DNA of 64,000 nt from Camelus dromedarius (taxonomy: Eukaryota): positions 67,458,001 through 67,522,000 of the forward strand of contig NC_087437.1 in the NCBI RefSeq assembly GCF_036321535.1, in the 5' to 3' direction. Shown piece by piece: positions 12,526 through 26,759 of the stretch. Below the pieces are notes generated by a model. The model searched no databases. It was not told the DNA's origin and saw only the letters and a list, made by a program, of their open reading frames with translations. Within the stretch, counting starts at the first letter, position 1, and each line of letters opens with the position of its first letter. The position numbers and the translations under genes were made by a program.

Positions 12526-13603
12526 CCAGAGGATAATAATAGGGGGTATTATTATTATTCGTAAAGCTATGATTATTTTATTTTCTAATTCTTAACTTCA
12601 CACCTCCCTCCGCTCCTACTGTTGCTTGGTAGCCTCCTCGGGGCAGCTCGGTGTGGAATTACATGCAGATTCCCAAAAACTTAGTAAGTTCTTCATTTTG
12701 TCCCCATTAAACTTTCAGCCTTTCCCAGTTTTCTTCTTCATTGTTTTATAAAACTTTGGGGCAAATTTCTATTTTTCTCTCTTCTATGTCCCATATGTTT
12801 CAGACACTGTTTTATTGGGCAGAACTTCTCAAAGTCCTGCTTGGGAAGTTGTGTAGCACTGACTTTTCATACTTCAGAAACCCAAAGAATGTCCCTGATT
12901 TGGGGGACAGGTACACTTCCAAATATGCTGTCCAAGCATCCCCATGAGCACCTTCATACTTGTCAGATGAATATCTCCGTTTTGGATAAGCAGTGTAACT
13001 TTCTATCCCACTAGAATCGTGGGATCTTATATGTTTCTTTTTACTCATTCTTTCAGCCAGGACTTTATTAGCCTCCTGGAAAGCCTTCCAGCCTGGATTG
13101 CTCAGCGGTTTCATGAATTCCTCCTAGAGTAATTTAAAACTGCATAATGTGGGTCCTTCCACATCTTGTTCAAAATTTTCAAGTGGCACACCATTTATCA
13201 CCGTTACAGGTGCCCACTCATGATCGCGTTTCATAACCGTGCCTGCAATTCCTCATCCGTTGCCTCTGTGCCTGCAGAGGAACGAGTGTGTCGGCTCCCC
13301 CCAACTCAGAGGGCTGTCTTCATCCCCTTCACTGGGCTGCGCCCACCCTTGGACTTTTATCTTCCCATTCATGCCTGCTCCTTTATTAAAGAATGTTCTC
13401 AACTGTTCTCAAAAGGATTCTCGAGGCTATTCTCCCTAAGTAAATGTAGTCATTTTTAAACCAGACAAATAGACATGCTATGGCAAAACTGATTAAAAAT
13501 AATAAAAAATAAAATAAAATAAAACAAAAACTAGACATGAGAAAGGGAGTTTTAAAAAGACAAGAAATTTTTTTAAATTAGCAAATGATACTATATGTAT
13601 TAC

Positions 13604-13973
13604 GTGTTTTAGTCCTTTCAGGTCACTAAAACAAAATGCTGCAGACTATGTGGCTTATAAACAACAGGAATTTATTTCTTATTGGTCTGGAGGCTGGAAG
13701 GCCAAGATCAGGGTGCCAGCACGGGTGGGTTCTGATGAAACCCCTTTCTGGGCTGCAGACTACCAACTTCTCATTTTGGCCTCGCTTGAAGGCCACAGGT
13801 AGAAGGCTGAAATCTCCCTCTGAGTCTCTCTTATAAAGACACTAATTCCATTCATGAGGGCTCTGCTCACGTGACCTAATCACCTCCCAAAAGCCCCCAT
13901 CTCCTAATACCGTCACCTCGGGCATTAGGTTTTCAACATGTGAATTTGAAGGGGTGTGCATTCAGACTACAGC
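13604..13973 (-). mobile_element. MaLR solo LTR (MLT1A-like)
   Basis: 'ggcttataaacaacaggaatttatttct...ggaggctggaaggccaagatcagggtgccagca...gacctaatcacctcccaaaag...cattcagactacagca'. Confidence 0.85.
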
Positions 13974-13999
13974 ACAATGATAATAAATGTGAAAATATA

Positions 14000-15790
14000 A
14001 ATTAAATAAACTATTTACCGCCAAATACTAATTACCACAATTGCCTAGGAGAAAGGCTGGACCCATTACAAATTATGAAAATTGAAAAATTTTCATAGAA
14101 ACATATTTTTTAAATTATAGATTCCAATGTTTATATGTATGCCAGGTCTTTTTTTCCAAAAATTTAGGGAGTAGAATTTTTAAAAAGATATAAAGTTACT
14201 GATTTCATGTAATAAAATTATCAGATTTGGATAACAAAACCTAAGTGATAGCAAGAATAAAAAAAAGTAATAAACACCTAAACCACATAGCTATTTGTAT
14301 TTTCATTTTTAAATAAAAACTCGTCTATACAGAGAGGCAAAACCTAAGTAACCTATGAGTAAATTGAATCCTAATATACATTAAATAAAATTCATAAATG
14401 TGTTGTAAGATTTATATTTAGAATATAATGGTGACTATAATATTAATAGATCAATTAATTAGATTGAGACCAAAAGGGAAAGTGATTATCTCAAGAAATA
14501 TTGAGTAGGCTTCTGATTACATTCATCACCCATTCTCTCACAACTCTTAGAAAACATTTCTTAACATTTAAACATGATCCAACTTTATACCTGAATGCAA
14601 AACAGTAGAAATAGTCCCATTTTAATCAAGAATAAGAGAAAATTGACTGCTCTAAAAGTTCTTTCCAGTAAAACAAGATGAAAAACCAGGAAAAAGAGGC
14701 GAAACTATTGGGATAGGAATTATAATTAGTACATGTTTGCACAATATTTTATTTTGAAGAAAAATCAACTTCAAATTATGATAATTAATAAGAGTTTTGT
14801 AAAACAACTAGGTGAAAAATAATTTTATGAAATCCAGTAGCTCTTCTGTAAACTGGGAATAGTTTATTAGAAAATATAAGAGAAAAATAATTCCATTCAC
14901 AGTAGCAATTAAGAAAAATACGATGCCTGGGAGAGAGCAGAATAAATGAGTAGGGTCTTATGAAAGAAATTATGAAACATCACATTTCTACATGAGAGGT
15001 ATTTATTTCAAAGAAGTGATTCCTTCTCAATATGTTGATTTAAAGCAAGAGCTGTAAAAGTACAGTTGATTGTCATTTATGATAGTTATGTAGAGTTGCT
15101 ATGAACGTTGATTTAGAGAATTCTGAATTCTCTGCTCCCCTCAAATCTGCAGATAACCCTGAAACTGCCCTGAGAATTGATTTGGGGGTTACAAACAAAT
15201 TTTAGTGAATAGGTGAATTTGCAAATATGGAATCTGTGGATAGTGAGGAGTAAGTCTGTCTATTAATATTTCTTTTTTATAGCTAATCTTAAAAATAATT
15301 CTAAAATTCATCTGGAAAACAAACTGGTAGGAATACAGCTGAGAAAAATCGAAAAATGAAAAAGGGGATTTGTCCTACTGGACCCTAAAATTGATCATAC
15401 AGCTAAAGGAATTTTAAATCCTTCAGTGGATCTAAAGATCCAGTCTACAGATAGATCAATAGAATTTATAATCCTGGAATAAACTGTACTATATTTAAAT
15501 ACTTGATGTATGACAAATAGTGCATCATAAAATAATGAGGAAACTGCATGACTCAGGAATTGTTATTTTAACTTTGTTTATGTGGAAAACCCTAATTTAT
15601 TTTTTCTGCCATTTATATCAAGATACATTTCAGATGAATTTAAAACATTAAATACATCTAACAACAATTTAAAAAGGAAACCACAGATGACTACTTAACA
15701 AACATTCAGGCAAAAAACTTTTTCTCAGCACAAAGCCATGGAAGAAAAACACAAAGAAGAGAGCAACAGATAAATTAAGGTTTGTTTAAA
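14000..15790 (+). mobile_element. Very old L1 (L1ME-like) ORF2 remnant, interrupted by a Tigger-family element
   Basis: A-rich degenerate ORF2 text such as 'gtgattatctcaagaaatattgagtaggcttctgattacattcatcacccatt', 'ttccattcacagtagcaa' and 'ttctaaaattcatctggaaaacaa'. Confidence 0.6.
15063..15258 (+). mobile_element. TcMar-Tigger non-autonomous DNA transposon (MER82-like, internally deleted)
   Basis: TA-preceded 'cagttgattgtcatt...' start and 'ggggttacaaacaaattttagtgaataggtgaatttgcaaatatggaatctgtggatagtgagga' end. Confidence 0.65.
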
Positions 15791-16016
15791 AGACATACCA
15801 TCCAGCTATTAAAAATGTTTTCAGAGTATTTAGTGACAAGAATATCCCAGCACTCTGTTAAGTAAATGTGGCAGGATGCAAAATCACATGTACAATAGAA
15901 TCCTGATTTCTCTGAAGACTTTCTAAAGTTGTTTCTCTGTTGTACTCTGACACATGTTGCTTCCTCGAATACATCACAAACTGCAGATAATTGTTTTGTT
16001 TATTGTCGGTTTCTGC

Positions 16017-16383
16017 TATTAAAAGATAAATGGAGGCATACTAAAAATTAAGAGTATATAATGAGCAAAACTCAGTTTGAACTGGGCAACATCCAATCTT
16101 GCAGACAGAAAGGAGCTCCAAGGAGCTATACACAGTGAGAGATTTTTGTAGGCAAAAGGGAGTGGGAATAAGCAAAAAAGTGGATTGGTTATCGCAAAGG
16201 CACTTTCCTTTAGGGGATGGTAGGGGTCTATCAGGCAGAAAACCTAACTAGCGCTGATCAGGTGATTCCTGATTGAGTGGTTCAAGATTCCATTTCTGGG
16301 AGAGCTGAAAATGTAATTAAGTCTCAGTTTGGTGACGTGGGGCTTAGTGACTCCATTTTGGCCATGTTGTCATGTTTCTAAGA
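16017..16383 (-). mobile_element. ERV solo LTR (family A in this window)
   Basis: Colinear with 48471-48846, sharing 'catccaatct', 'ggagct...acacagtga', 'cctaactag.gctgatc' and 'agattccatttctg'. Confidence 0.8.
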
Positions 16384-16543
16384 TGGCCAACAGGATGTAG
16401 GCTCTGGGAGGATATTCACCACGTCTGTTGTGTTCACTAGATGTCTTCATTTCATATTGAATGAAACAGTGTTCATTGCGGAGTAGATGCTCAATGATAT
16501 TTGTTTAATGAATAAATGAATGGTTTTGTCAAAACATTAGATA

Positions 16544-16980
16544 TGTGAATGGAAATTACTGCTTGCCATATCAGTAAACAAAGGATGCTGTAGCCATCAG
16601 CCATCGGCCACTGCCACCACCCCCAGTGGTGCCCCCTGAGGGAACTCAGGATGTGGAAGAACAGGATACTGACCCTTGTTCGTTCGCTACGGTGCATATC
16701 AAAGGAATGATTTCAGTGAGTCCAGACATTTGTACCTTCCCATACACAGAAAAGTGCTAAATTCCTTAACTTGAGATATCTGGTTTTCTTTAACAGTTTG
16801 ATGTTCTGACTACCTGGTCTTTGTTGCAAAAACTCCTGTATATCCTGGCTCCTCCTCTGTCTCTTTAGAGCAGTCCCTCAGAGTGATCTGGGAGGCTGTA
16901 TTCCAGGCTTAACTCCTCAGAAGTGTCCACCAAATAAAACATAATTCAACCTTTAGGTTGTGCATTTTTTTCAGTGGACA
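16544..16980 (+). mobile_element. ERV1-type solo LTR (family B) with 4-bp TSD
   Basis: TG...CA ends flanked by GATA on both sides (16540-16543, 16981-16984); TATA-like 'tgtatat' and AATAAA near the 3' end; antisense relative at 50523-50970. Confidence 0.85.
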
Positions 16981-19498
16981 GATATAATCATAAAAAATTG
17001 ATTGAAATAACTGAAATGATAACTGAGGTGCTTTCTTATATTTACATGAAATTTTCAAATTTTCTCCAGCAATTTTGAATTATATCTACAAGAAGAAAAA
17101 AGCTCATTAAACACACATACACAGTTATCTTTCTTTAGCATGAATCTTCCCCAACCCCAGCTAGTTTAAAACTCTATTTCCCAGTGTATTTTCTGTGCAT
17201 GTTGCTATGTTTCATGTTGTTCTTTCTATTTTAGGTTTACACTGTCATTTTAATTAGAGGAAAGTTAGACTAACCACATATACTATTTATTTTAGTTACT
17301 GAACCCATTCTTCTTTGGTCAATTAAGAGGCCATTCTCACTGAGTGTATTTGTTTTAACTGACCGAAGTTAAGCAGCTGTTGGATGCACACCTGACCAAT
17401 CACCAATGCCGTCTACATCCTCATCTTTCTTTCTGTATTTCCTCAAGCTCCCCACCTGCCAACCACCAATCGTCAAAGCACAGATCATCACCAGGCTGTG
17501 GCTTCTCATGTGTGCCACTTCTGGTTTTTAAAGGAACCAGTTGTGCCAAGAAAAATATCTGTATATGTCTTTCCCCACCATTTGAGAAAAGTAAAAGCTA
17601 GAAATTAGCATTAGCTAAATTCCATTGTAAGTGATAAACAGAGTCATGGTTTGGAAAGGTTTGTGTGTATGGGGGTGGGGGTGGGACCACCCTTCCATTC
17701 ACAATTGGAAACATCCATAACAAGGCCACTTAGTCAATACATATTTTTCTCCTTAGTACAGAAGGGTAACCGAAATAAAAGGTTTGAATTACAAAGCAGC
17801 CTAATTCCACACATTCTCTGAGCAATGACTGCTATTTGTGTCAAGAAAATAAAGAGGCTGAGAAAATGAGGGAGAGAGAACGGGAGGGAGAAGAGAGCAG
17901 AGGCAAGAGTTATCCTTCTCACATGAAAAGGAAAACTCACTAGAAATGAGATTTTTTTTATTATTGAAAAGCTAATGTTTTATATCTTTGGTAAGATCAT
18001 TATTCACAGGAAAAAAAAAAAAACAAATGTTTTGAAGGTTTTTATAGGACTTTTGGCCTCCTCCTAAATGCAGAGAACAGTCTCCAGTAACCACCACACC
18101 TGTAGCCCCTTCCTCCCTCGGGCCTTCTCCCCCTCACTTCGGCCACGTGGTGTTGCTAATGTGTAGTAATGGTGCAGCTGGAAAGGCATTTATGTTCCAT
18201 TTTCCCCCAATATTATTAAAACAGCTCCATCACTGCCTGTAATGGGGGCGTCCGTATTTTCTCTCGCCTGTATCTCTGACATGACATAATGCCTGCCCTC
18301 ACCAGTATGCTATAACACAGAGGTAATTGAAGCATAACTCAGCGTAAATTACCATCAGTGTGCAGGCAGGGCCCCAGTAGGCTCATTACAAGTGTAAGCT
18401 AAATATTTCTTTAAGGGGGTGGGGGGAGATCCCAACCTTAAAGGAGGTGGGGGAGAAGGAGCCCCTTAAAAGCAAATGAGGATGAGGCAGGTTTCTATAA
18501 AGGAAGATTTTCTCCCCTAGTTTTAGGTGAGCCCCCTGTTTGGCTGAGATCTGTAGCAACCTGGTATCACTATTAGCTGAAGGGCTATTTCCTGGACTAC
18601 TTGAAATTGTAGGTTTCCATTCAGTTCCTAGGAAACATGGGTCCACCTAATTATATTTCCTGGCCCAGAGACTCCTGAGCTAGCAGTATTTCCTCTTAGA
18701 AGAGGTCGTGAAAATGATGTAGTGACTGACTTCCTAAGACTGAAAGGCACAGTGTGAAAGACAGTATATCTGTAATTCTTTCAGTTATCAAAACCTGTTA
18801 TCCCAACCATTGTCCTGAGATTGTCTCTTTGGAGTTCGGAAGTCAAAGTTCAAACATCCTAACTTTGAGTGAGCCTCCTTATTATAAATGTGGTCCTTTC
18901 CAGTCTCATTACAAAACCAGGAATGAAGTGAAGTTCCAAGTGAAGTTCATGGCTTCTTGGTTGGATGGCTGTCATGTGACTGATTTCATTTTCCCTTTCT
19001 CACGTGGTAGGACCTCTATAAACCATGCCTCCTTCTTTGTTCTCTCTCTTGAATTTCCCCTCCACCATTACTTCCAGGAGGCTATTTGATTCCCCTCATC
19101 TGAGCTGTTCTCTTACCACTGAAGGCCTAAAAGCTCTCCTCAGTACTGCAGCCTTTCCCCAAGCCATGGAAAATGGCTTCTTCCTGCCTGTCCCAGCCCT
19201 GGCGCCTCCTTGAGGGGGTGAGCAACCCTGGTGGGTGAGGGGCAGAGAATAGGGGAGCATTGCCCATCAGGACCCTATACTTCTGAAGGTTGATCAGCCG
19301 GTGCTACCCTCTGCACTTTCGGAGCAGTTTATAAACACCTCCTGCGTGAATTGTCCTAAGGAACAAAGCCAGGATATTCCTCTTCCCTCCTCCCACCACC
19401 ACTCAGCCAGCCAGTGTTCTGTGAGTGGCACTCTGGACAGCACATACACAAAGGTCATGTAAAGGGCCCTGCCCTCACCTAAGGGCTCAAACCGACCT

Positions 19499-19538
19499 TA
19501 CACATACACAACACACACACACACACACCACACAACAC
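19499..19538. repeat. (CA)n microsatellite, imperfect
   Basis: Directly visible. Confidence 0.85.
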
Positions 19539-20529
19539 CTGGTCTCAGTGTTCATTGGCCTCTTGCCGCCATCCTTAGTTTTTGTGGCTCTCTCTCTCTA
19601 AGTGACGGGAAACCAGAGCCTTTATTCAGAACTCAAGATTACCTTTCAGCTCCCCCATTTCAGGAACTAAGAAGAGTCACAAAATTATACAGTCCTCAGG
19701 ACACTTAGGGGTTATCTATTCCAATCCTTACACTTTACTGATGGACAGTGTGAGGTCTAGAGGCAGGAGAGGAGCTATTCAAAGATACAGTTAATGAGTG
19801 GCATAGATGTGAGTAGAAAGCAGATTCCCATTTTTCATATCCGTGTTCTTTCCACTATACACCAAAGCCTAAAATGCTACATCCTGTTTTTACAGGGTAA
19901 AATTTTAGGTAACTGTCAAATTGAAAATGATCTATTGTCACATCCATAATGAAATGTTAATGACTGATAATAGCTTAATGTGTTGCCATCTTTTAAGAAT
20001 TTGCCATTTAACTAGCGCCTAAACATGATATAGAAGAGTGAATTTCTTAAGATCTTAAGTATGTAAAATATACTTAGAGTGAAAGAACTTTAGGGTGGCT
20101 ATAATAGAAATTGTATCTTGTTATTCAACCACCTACTTCCCTTAGGTTTTGGTACTGGGTTTATTTGTGTGCACTGGCCAGGTGGTATGGATTTATGTCA
20201 TAGGATTTACAACATTAGCGTGGGAAGAGACCTGAGAGCTCATCGAGTCCAGATTCGTTTTTTTTTTTTTTTTCCTCCGTGTAGCTGCATCATCCAAGGT
20301 TACTCAGCTTGTTATTTGCAGAGCCAGAACTTATACCCACGAGGGCTGACTCTTCACACAGTGCTTGAGTTAGCTGAGTCTAGAGATAAAGTGCCTTGTA
20401 AACAAGGACATGTATCAGAATCACCTGGATAACCTGGAAAACTTTTTGAAAGTATATATGCTTACATACTTTCTCTCCCTCAGCGCAACTTCTGATTCTG
20501 TAGGCCTAGAGAAAATATCCAGCACTTAT

Positions 20530-21645
20530 ATTTATTTTTTAATAATTGCCAAAGAATTTATATACAGTAAAGTGTATAAATCTTAAATGTAAAAGTAATG
20601 CTTCTTTATATACACATGTAGGTATATGTAAACATATACATACACACAGCTGTGTAACCACTGCTAAAATTAAGATAAAATTAAGATTTCTAGTTCCCAG
20701 AAAACTCATTTGTGATCCTTCTCTGTCAGTAAACCCTCCCTCCTTCAAGGATAACTTACCTCTTTCACCACAGATTATTTTACATGTTTCTGAACTTTCT
20801 ACAAATTAACTTATATAATGAGTACTCTCTTGTGTCTGACTTCCTTTACTCAACATTATAGCTGTGAGATTTACCCATTGTTTTATCTATCAGTAGTTTT
20901 TTCTTTTGTATTGCTATGTAGTATTCCATTACATGAATATATCATATTCATTCTACTGTTGATGAACATGGGTTATTTACAGTTTTTAGTTACTATGAAT
21001 AAAGCTGCTATGAGCATTCTTATGTATGTTTTTGATAGACATAGCACTTACATGTGTTGGTATATTTCCAAAAGTGGCATTATAATTGCTATATCATTAG
21101 GGTATAATCATATTTAACTTTCAAGGATACTGAAAAAGTCTTTCAAAGTTGTTTTAGCATTTAATGCTTCCACCAGCGATGTATGAGAGTCTTTGTTCTT
21201 CTCTCGTATAGCCAACCCTTGGTATTTGTTAGATTTTTCAATTTTAGACATTCAAGTGTGCAGTGGCTTTATTTTTCTTTTCTCTGATGATTAAAGATGA
21301 GCACATTTCCACATGCTTTTTGTCTCCTTGTCTGTATCCTGCTTTTTTTTTTTTTTTTTTTTGGTTCTATGTATTGGAGATATCTTTTTCCAATTCATAG
21401 TTTACCTCTTCAGTTTTCTTATAGTGCTTTTGCTGAACAGAAGATCTTAATTTTAATGAAGTTCAGTTTGTTAGTCTTTTCTTTTTTGGTCAGTATATTT
21501 TGAATTTTGTTTATGAAATCTGACTATCTACTGGTCATGATTATAATCTTCATTGTTTTCTTTTAGAAGCTTAATTATTTATAGCTTTCACATTTAGGTC
21601 TCAGACTCAGATCTATCTCAAAATATTTTTCTGTGTGTATGGTAG
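20530..21645 (-). mobile_element. Old L1 (L1MC/ME-like) 3' end
   Basis: 'gacttcctttactcaacatta', 'tactatgaataaagctgctatgagcattctt', 'gaacagaagatcttaattttaatgaagttcagttt'. Confidence 0.8.
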
Positions 21646-22684
21646 CACCTATAGTTGTTAAATGCTTTCCAATTAGCTGTAATGACCATTCCTGACTGAG
21701 AATCATTGGAAGTAAAAAGATTTAGAGTCAGATTTGAGTTCAGATCTCATTTATGTCACTTATTAGTTGAGCATTATTTTCCAAATCCCTTTCCTCATAT
21801 TAAGAACATGAAGAATAGTAATACCCATGTTTCAGGTTTTTAGAGACATTAAATGTGATAATTATTTAGAGACTAATACAGGGGAGAAGCTCATTAAATC
21901 ATAGCTGTTTTTATTTAAGTCCTTTGCAAGCATAGGGCATGTTAGGTTCATCTCCCTTGAAATGCAACTATTATGATTATTTAGGTTTTGGTTTGTTTGC
22001 TTCAATCTTCATTAACTGATACGCACCCACAGGTCATTCATATGATTAGTAGATTATCTTGAAGCCAACTTAGGTAAGCTGTCCAGAGGTAAGGTGGCCA
22101 CTTTTAGGCTAATAGTTTATAGAATCCAAATTGAGAAACTAGAAATTCATGACAGGGCAATGGGTGATTAAAAAATTCCATAGCATTTTGGCTGAAAACT
22201 TATCTGTCATTTCAAAATTCAAATGAGAAGAATTCAAAGTAAAGAGAAAAATATTCCAGACCGAACAGGTGATAAATGTGGTTTTTTTTCTTTTGGGAAA
22301 ATTCACGTAAGTGCCTATATTGGCTCTGTGTATTGTCGCAGGCACTGTGCTCTGCCACCCATGGGAGCATCACAACCTTGTGCTGCTAAACACACAGACT
22401 CTGCTCCTGCTTAGGCATTTACATGTCTTTACATTCTGCACCAAACTTTGTTTTGCTTACAGGGTTGAGGCTGACCAGTGAATTTGTGTGTGTACCTTTC
22501 CCTTATCTGGTTGTCTCTATTTCTCATCTACAGGTCAAATTTGATTTGAAGGGATATGTTCTACTGATGATACACTGTTTACAGAGGAGGTTTATATGTT
22601 TTCCAAGCAACAACTCTCTGTGTATAACCTTTACCAATCATCCCCAAGGAACTGCTAATTTTGGTCGGTCAGAGTTTACAGCCA

Positions 22685-23555
22685 TTGATTGGGTTCCTCT
22701 GAATACTGACCTTGAGACCAAGATGAGGTTTCTTGGTTTATTTGGGAGGTGATCCATGGAAGCAGAAATGTGGGAGGGGGGAAAATGAGGCAGGGAAAAG
22801 GGTAATGCTGATAAAGCGTGTATTTACTTACTAGGGTGTTAGGGGCTGAATTGCACCCCCACCCCCAAATTGGTATGTTAGAGTCCTAACTTTCAGGACC
22901 TCAGAATATGACTGTAACTGGAGATAGGACCTTTGAAAAGGCAATTAAGATATAATGAGGTCATATGGGTGGGCCCTAATCTGATGCCTAGTGCCCTTAT
23001 GAAAAGAGAAAACTAGGACACAGCTGTGTACGTGTGTGCATGTGTGTGTGCGCATGCACAGAGGAAAGACCCTGTGAGGACACAGAGACAAGGGGGTCAT
23101 CAATAAGCCAAGGAGAGAGGCCTCAGGAGAAGTTAAGTCTCCGGATGCCTTGATCTTGGACTCAGCCTCCAGAATAGTGAGAAAGAAAATGTCTGTTGTC
23201 TCAGCCACCCAGTCTATGGTATTTTATTACAGCAGCCCTAGCAAACTAATATCTGAGGACAACAGCTCAGTCCTGCTGGATTGCTGTTCTATTTGTTACT
23301 GGAAGAGATAGAACTTGCCTCAGAATTGCCCACCAGAGGATGGAAACACTAAGCTGTCTACCCGCCAACTCTCATTCACCACTGGGGCGGGCTGCTTCTG
23401 AGGGCATTAAGCTCCCTGTACTTCTACGTGGCAGTTGCATGTGGCTGAGTGATTCCTACCTGATATGGGATACAGGCTTTGGGCCTGGACCTTCCCCAGG
23501 CTGGCCTAAAATTAGGTGGGCCCAGGAGATACGGTGTGTCATGAGCATCTAGGAC
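22685..23555 (-). mobile_element. ERVL LTR (LTR33-like) split by an MLT1B insertion
   Basis: 'ttgggttcctctgaatactgaccttgagaccaaga...tttatttgggaggtgatcc' resumes after 23253 with 'ctcagtcctgctgg'. Confidence 0.55.
22837..23253 (+). mobile_element. MaLR solo LTR (MLT1B-like)
   Basis: 'tgttaggggctgaattgcacccc...cctcagaatatgactgta...gggtgggccctaatc...cagcagccctagcaaactaata'. Confidence 0.85.
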
Positions 23556-26500
23556 ATTCCTAGTATTTATGCAGCCCACTAGTTATGTGGAGAGCTAACT
23601 TACTGCTTGCAAAGCTGGGCCTCTCAGAGAAGCCTGGGCAGCTTATCTTTTCTCCCATCGATTTTTGGCTTTTCCATTCCCCATAAGGAACTCTGAGGCT
23701 CAGAGAGCCCTTAGAGTTGTCCTGAGTTGGGATGAGAGGGTGGGACTTTGTATTCTCACAAGAACCAGACACTGGTGGCAGGTTTCTCCTGGGAATGAGT
23801 CATGATCATTGGCCAAGCCAGCTCTCATCAGCTGGAGAGGGCTGACAGCTAAGGGATGCCAGTCAGTAGGTAGCACCCTAAGGAGGTGGAAGAACAGGCC
23901 TTTCTGTCCTGAAAGGGGCTCTGGGCAGCACAGCAAGTGTCTGCTGCTCACATGTGGCTACACAGGTACAGAGAGCCAGAGTCTGTTCTGTTGATCAGCC
24001 CTTTAGAGTCTACTCCCTCTCCTCTTCTGTCTTTCTTCGTGCGACAAGTCAAAGGCTGGTAAGGTAAAAATAAAAATCGAGATTAAGCCTGGGGCCCTCG
24101 TGCTGCAGTTCAGTTTTGTTCAGTGCTGTGAATTGGGGCAAAGCAACACTATGGTTTCTCCTTGGCTGCTCCTTTATTAAACTCATGATGGTTGTAGTGG
24201 GTATGCTGATCAACAGGTCAGAATTAGAAGATTTGAGGGTCTTGGATATAATAATCAAGGTACTTCCAAAGCACGCTGCTAACCAGATGTTTGTTGACTC
24301 CGTGGTTTCTAACCTGTCCTGCTCCAGCCTGAAGCAGAGGCTGTAGATGGACTCTGCTCTTCCAGGTCCATGTGTGAAATGAGCATATTGAAATCAACCT
24401 CAGGTGTCCACCCTCTCTCTTTATTTTATTCAGACCACTTTCCATTTGCCATTGTGATACACAGCCTCTCTCTATAACTTGGGAAGTAATCTTTATGGAT
24501 AGCCTGATTTTAATGAATCATTCTGGACACACTTCTTTCGCTTAAGCTCAGCAGTCTGCATTAGCCACAGTTCCGGCATTCACCTTCTGGCCCTGTGAAT
24601 AAAGAACTTTAAAAAATGAATATCTAATTCCAGCTCTCACCCAGGGGGATGTTTGTGAGCTAGTTCTCTTCTTGCCTTCCCAGTCTTCTGACTGAACTCA
24701 GGAGGATATTTACATTATCAAGCCATGTGTTCCTAATTTTGGTCCAGAAACTCTAATCTGTACATCAAGGATACCCTATCCATAGATGATTCCTGGGACT
24801 GTTCATTTTTTAAATTGACTAAGGTATTTTCTTAGTCTCACTTGAGTAGAGCTATGAAGAAAGATCTCTAGGTCCAGATGCAGAGAAAATTGTTTCAAAG
24901 CTGAAATCTACTCACTCTACAATTTGGGGATGATTCCTTTTCTTGTAATAGAAATGGCCTACTTTTCAAGATGCTGCTCTCTCATGAGTCTTCTGAGGCT
25001 GCCCCCAACTGCCTCTCTTCCCTGGTGGTTGTACCCCAGTCCATCAAGTCTTCTGCAAGGAACTGGCTTTAAGGCAAGTCAATTCCTAGAAATATATCCA
25101 GGTCCCCAAAGGAGGCCCAGTTGCTGAGCAGTGAATCAGAAATATAGTAAGGGGAAGAGGGATTTAATAATTAGAAAGGGAGACTCAATAAGAGGGATTT
25201 AATAATGCTTTGGAACAAAGACAATAATCTTTGATTATATAATAGTGAAACCAGCCCAGGCAACAACAAGGAGAAGCTGCTATCTCAGGAGTTCCTGAAA
25301 TAGATCAAATTTGGCAGACCAGGGGGAGAGAGAAGCAGACTGAAGGAAGCAAAGATGAAGACCATCTAATGAGGATGTCATCTGAAGCCCACAATGTTGA
25401 TATTTGGAGTGCACACTGTGTTTGTTTTTGCACCTGTACGTGACTTAGCTCAATAGCACCACAGGCTTCTTTTCCTACAGTCAGTCCATTTGGGTCATAG
25501 CAGTAGGCCAGGCTAGTTTAACCCTGGGGTCAAGGTGGGACAAACTTTCCTGGATATTTAAGAGCAGATATTTCTCAAATATCTAGGATTGGATGAAGTG
25601 GAAACAGCACATTCTCTTATAGGCTTTATAGTAACACAGACACCAGACTGTTTCTTTTGTACTAAAAATAAAAGGTGTAACATCGAAAGCACACAAGGGA
25701 CACAAAAGAATAAGCAGTTGTCTACTATGCCTTTGTCATGACAGTGTCACTGAGTAACTCCTACAAGCTGACAACCTTCAGTGGTGCTTCTGATGGTAAC
25801 CTAAGGAAATAGATGACTCAGTTTTGCCCCTCAACTGCCCCAGTCTATAGCCAAGGAGAGTAAACAAGCAAAGGGTACAAATTTATGAGTGAAGAAATGT
25901 ACAGATGAGATAATGAGGGGGAGGAACTACGATGAGGTCCATCACATACATTAATGCTTGGCCACGAGAATAGAATCTCTCAGCTAGAAGGGCATTTTGG
26001 GGTGATCCAGTCTAACCCTCTCCTTTTATAGACAAGGAGAAAGGTAAATTTCTCAGAATCAAATAGCTAGTTATTCACAGAGATAGGATTAGAGTAAAAA
26101 GAGGCTAAACCTAGCTCAGTGCCTTGTCAGGCCAGAGTCAATGGTCAATAAGAATCTGGATGAGTGAATGCTAGGCAAAAAATAAAGCAATACTGAAATG
26201 ATAACTAATAAGAGACCTCACGTTTCTCATAGAAATACAGTTTAGCTGGAGGAAAAGAAAATCCACATTAAACTATATCTGCTAATGAATGGAGTAGGAC
26301 ATAAAATTTAGTGTCGATTAAAATACTTTGTTAGGGTAAACTCACTTTAAAATCTATCCTCGAGAAGAAACTAAAGCCCATAAATCTAAACATTAGGAAA
26401 TAATAAAGCAAATACTGACCTAAAGATTGCAAAAGAGCATGGAGAAAATTTGAACATTTGTACATCATCAAATCAAAGCATTATTTATCTGCAGCTCCTG

Positions 26501-26759
26501 TAATTAGCAAATATGTATTAGCAAAAGCAGCTATTTTTGAAGGATGATTGAATAAACTGAGTAAATACTTCAGAGTTGGAAAGGACAACATTAAATTCTG
26601 CTTGGACATAAAAATCTCTGGATTGAACATTATGTACCAAGCTCCATGTGTCTAATATGACATGAACAGGAAGAAAACTCAGAGATGTAGAAAAATTAAA
26701 GCAAAAAGTTAGTACTTTCTTGATTAAAAATATGTACATAGTATGGTATACATGCCTCC

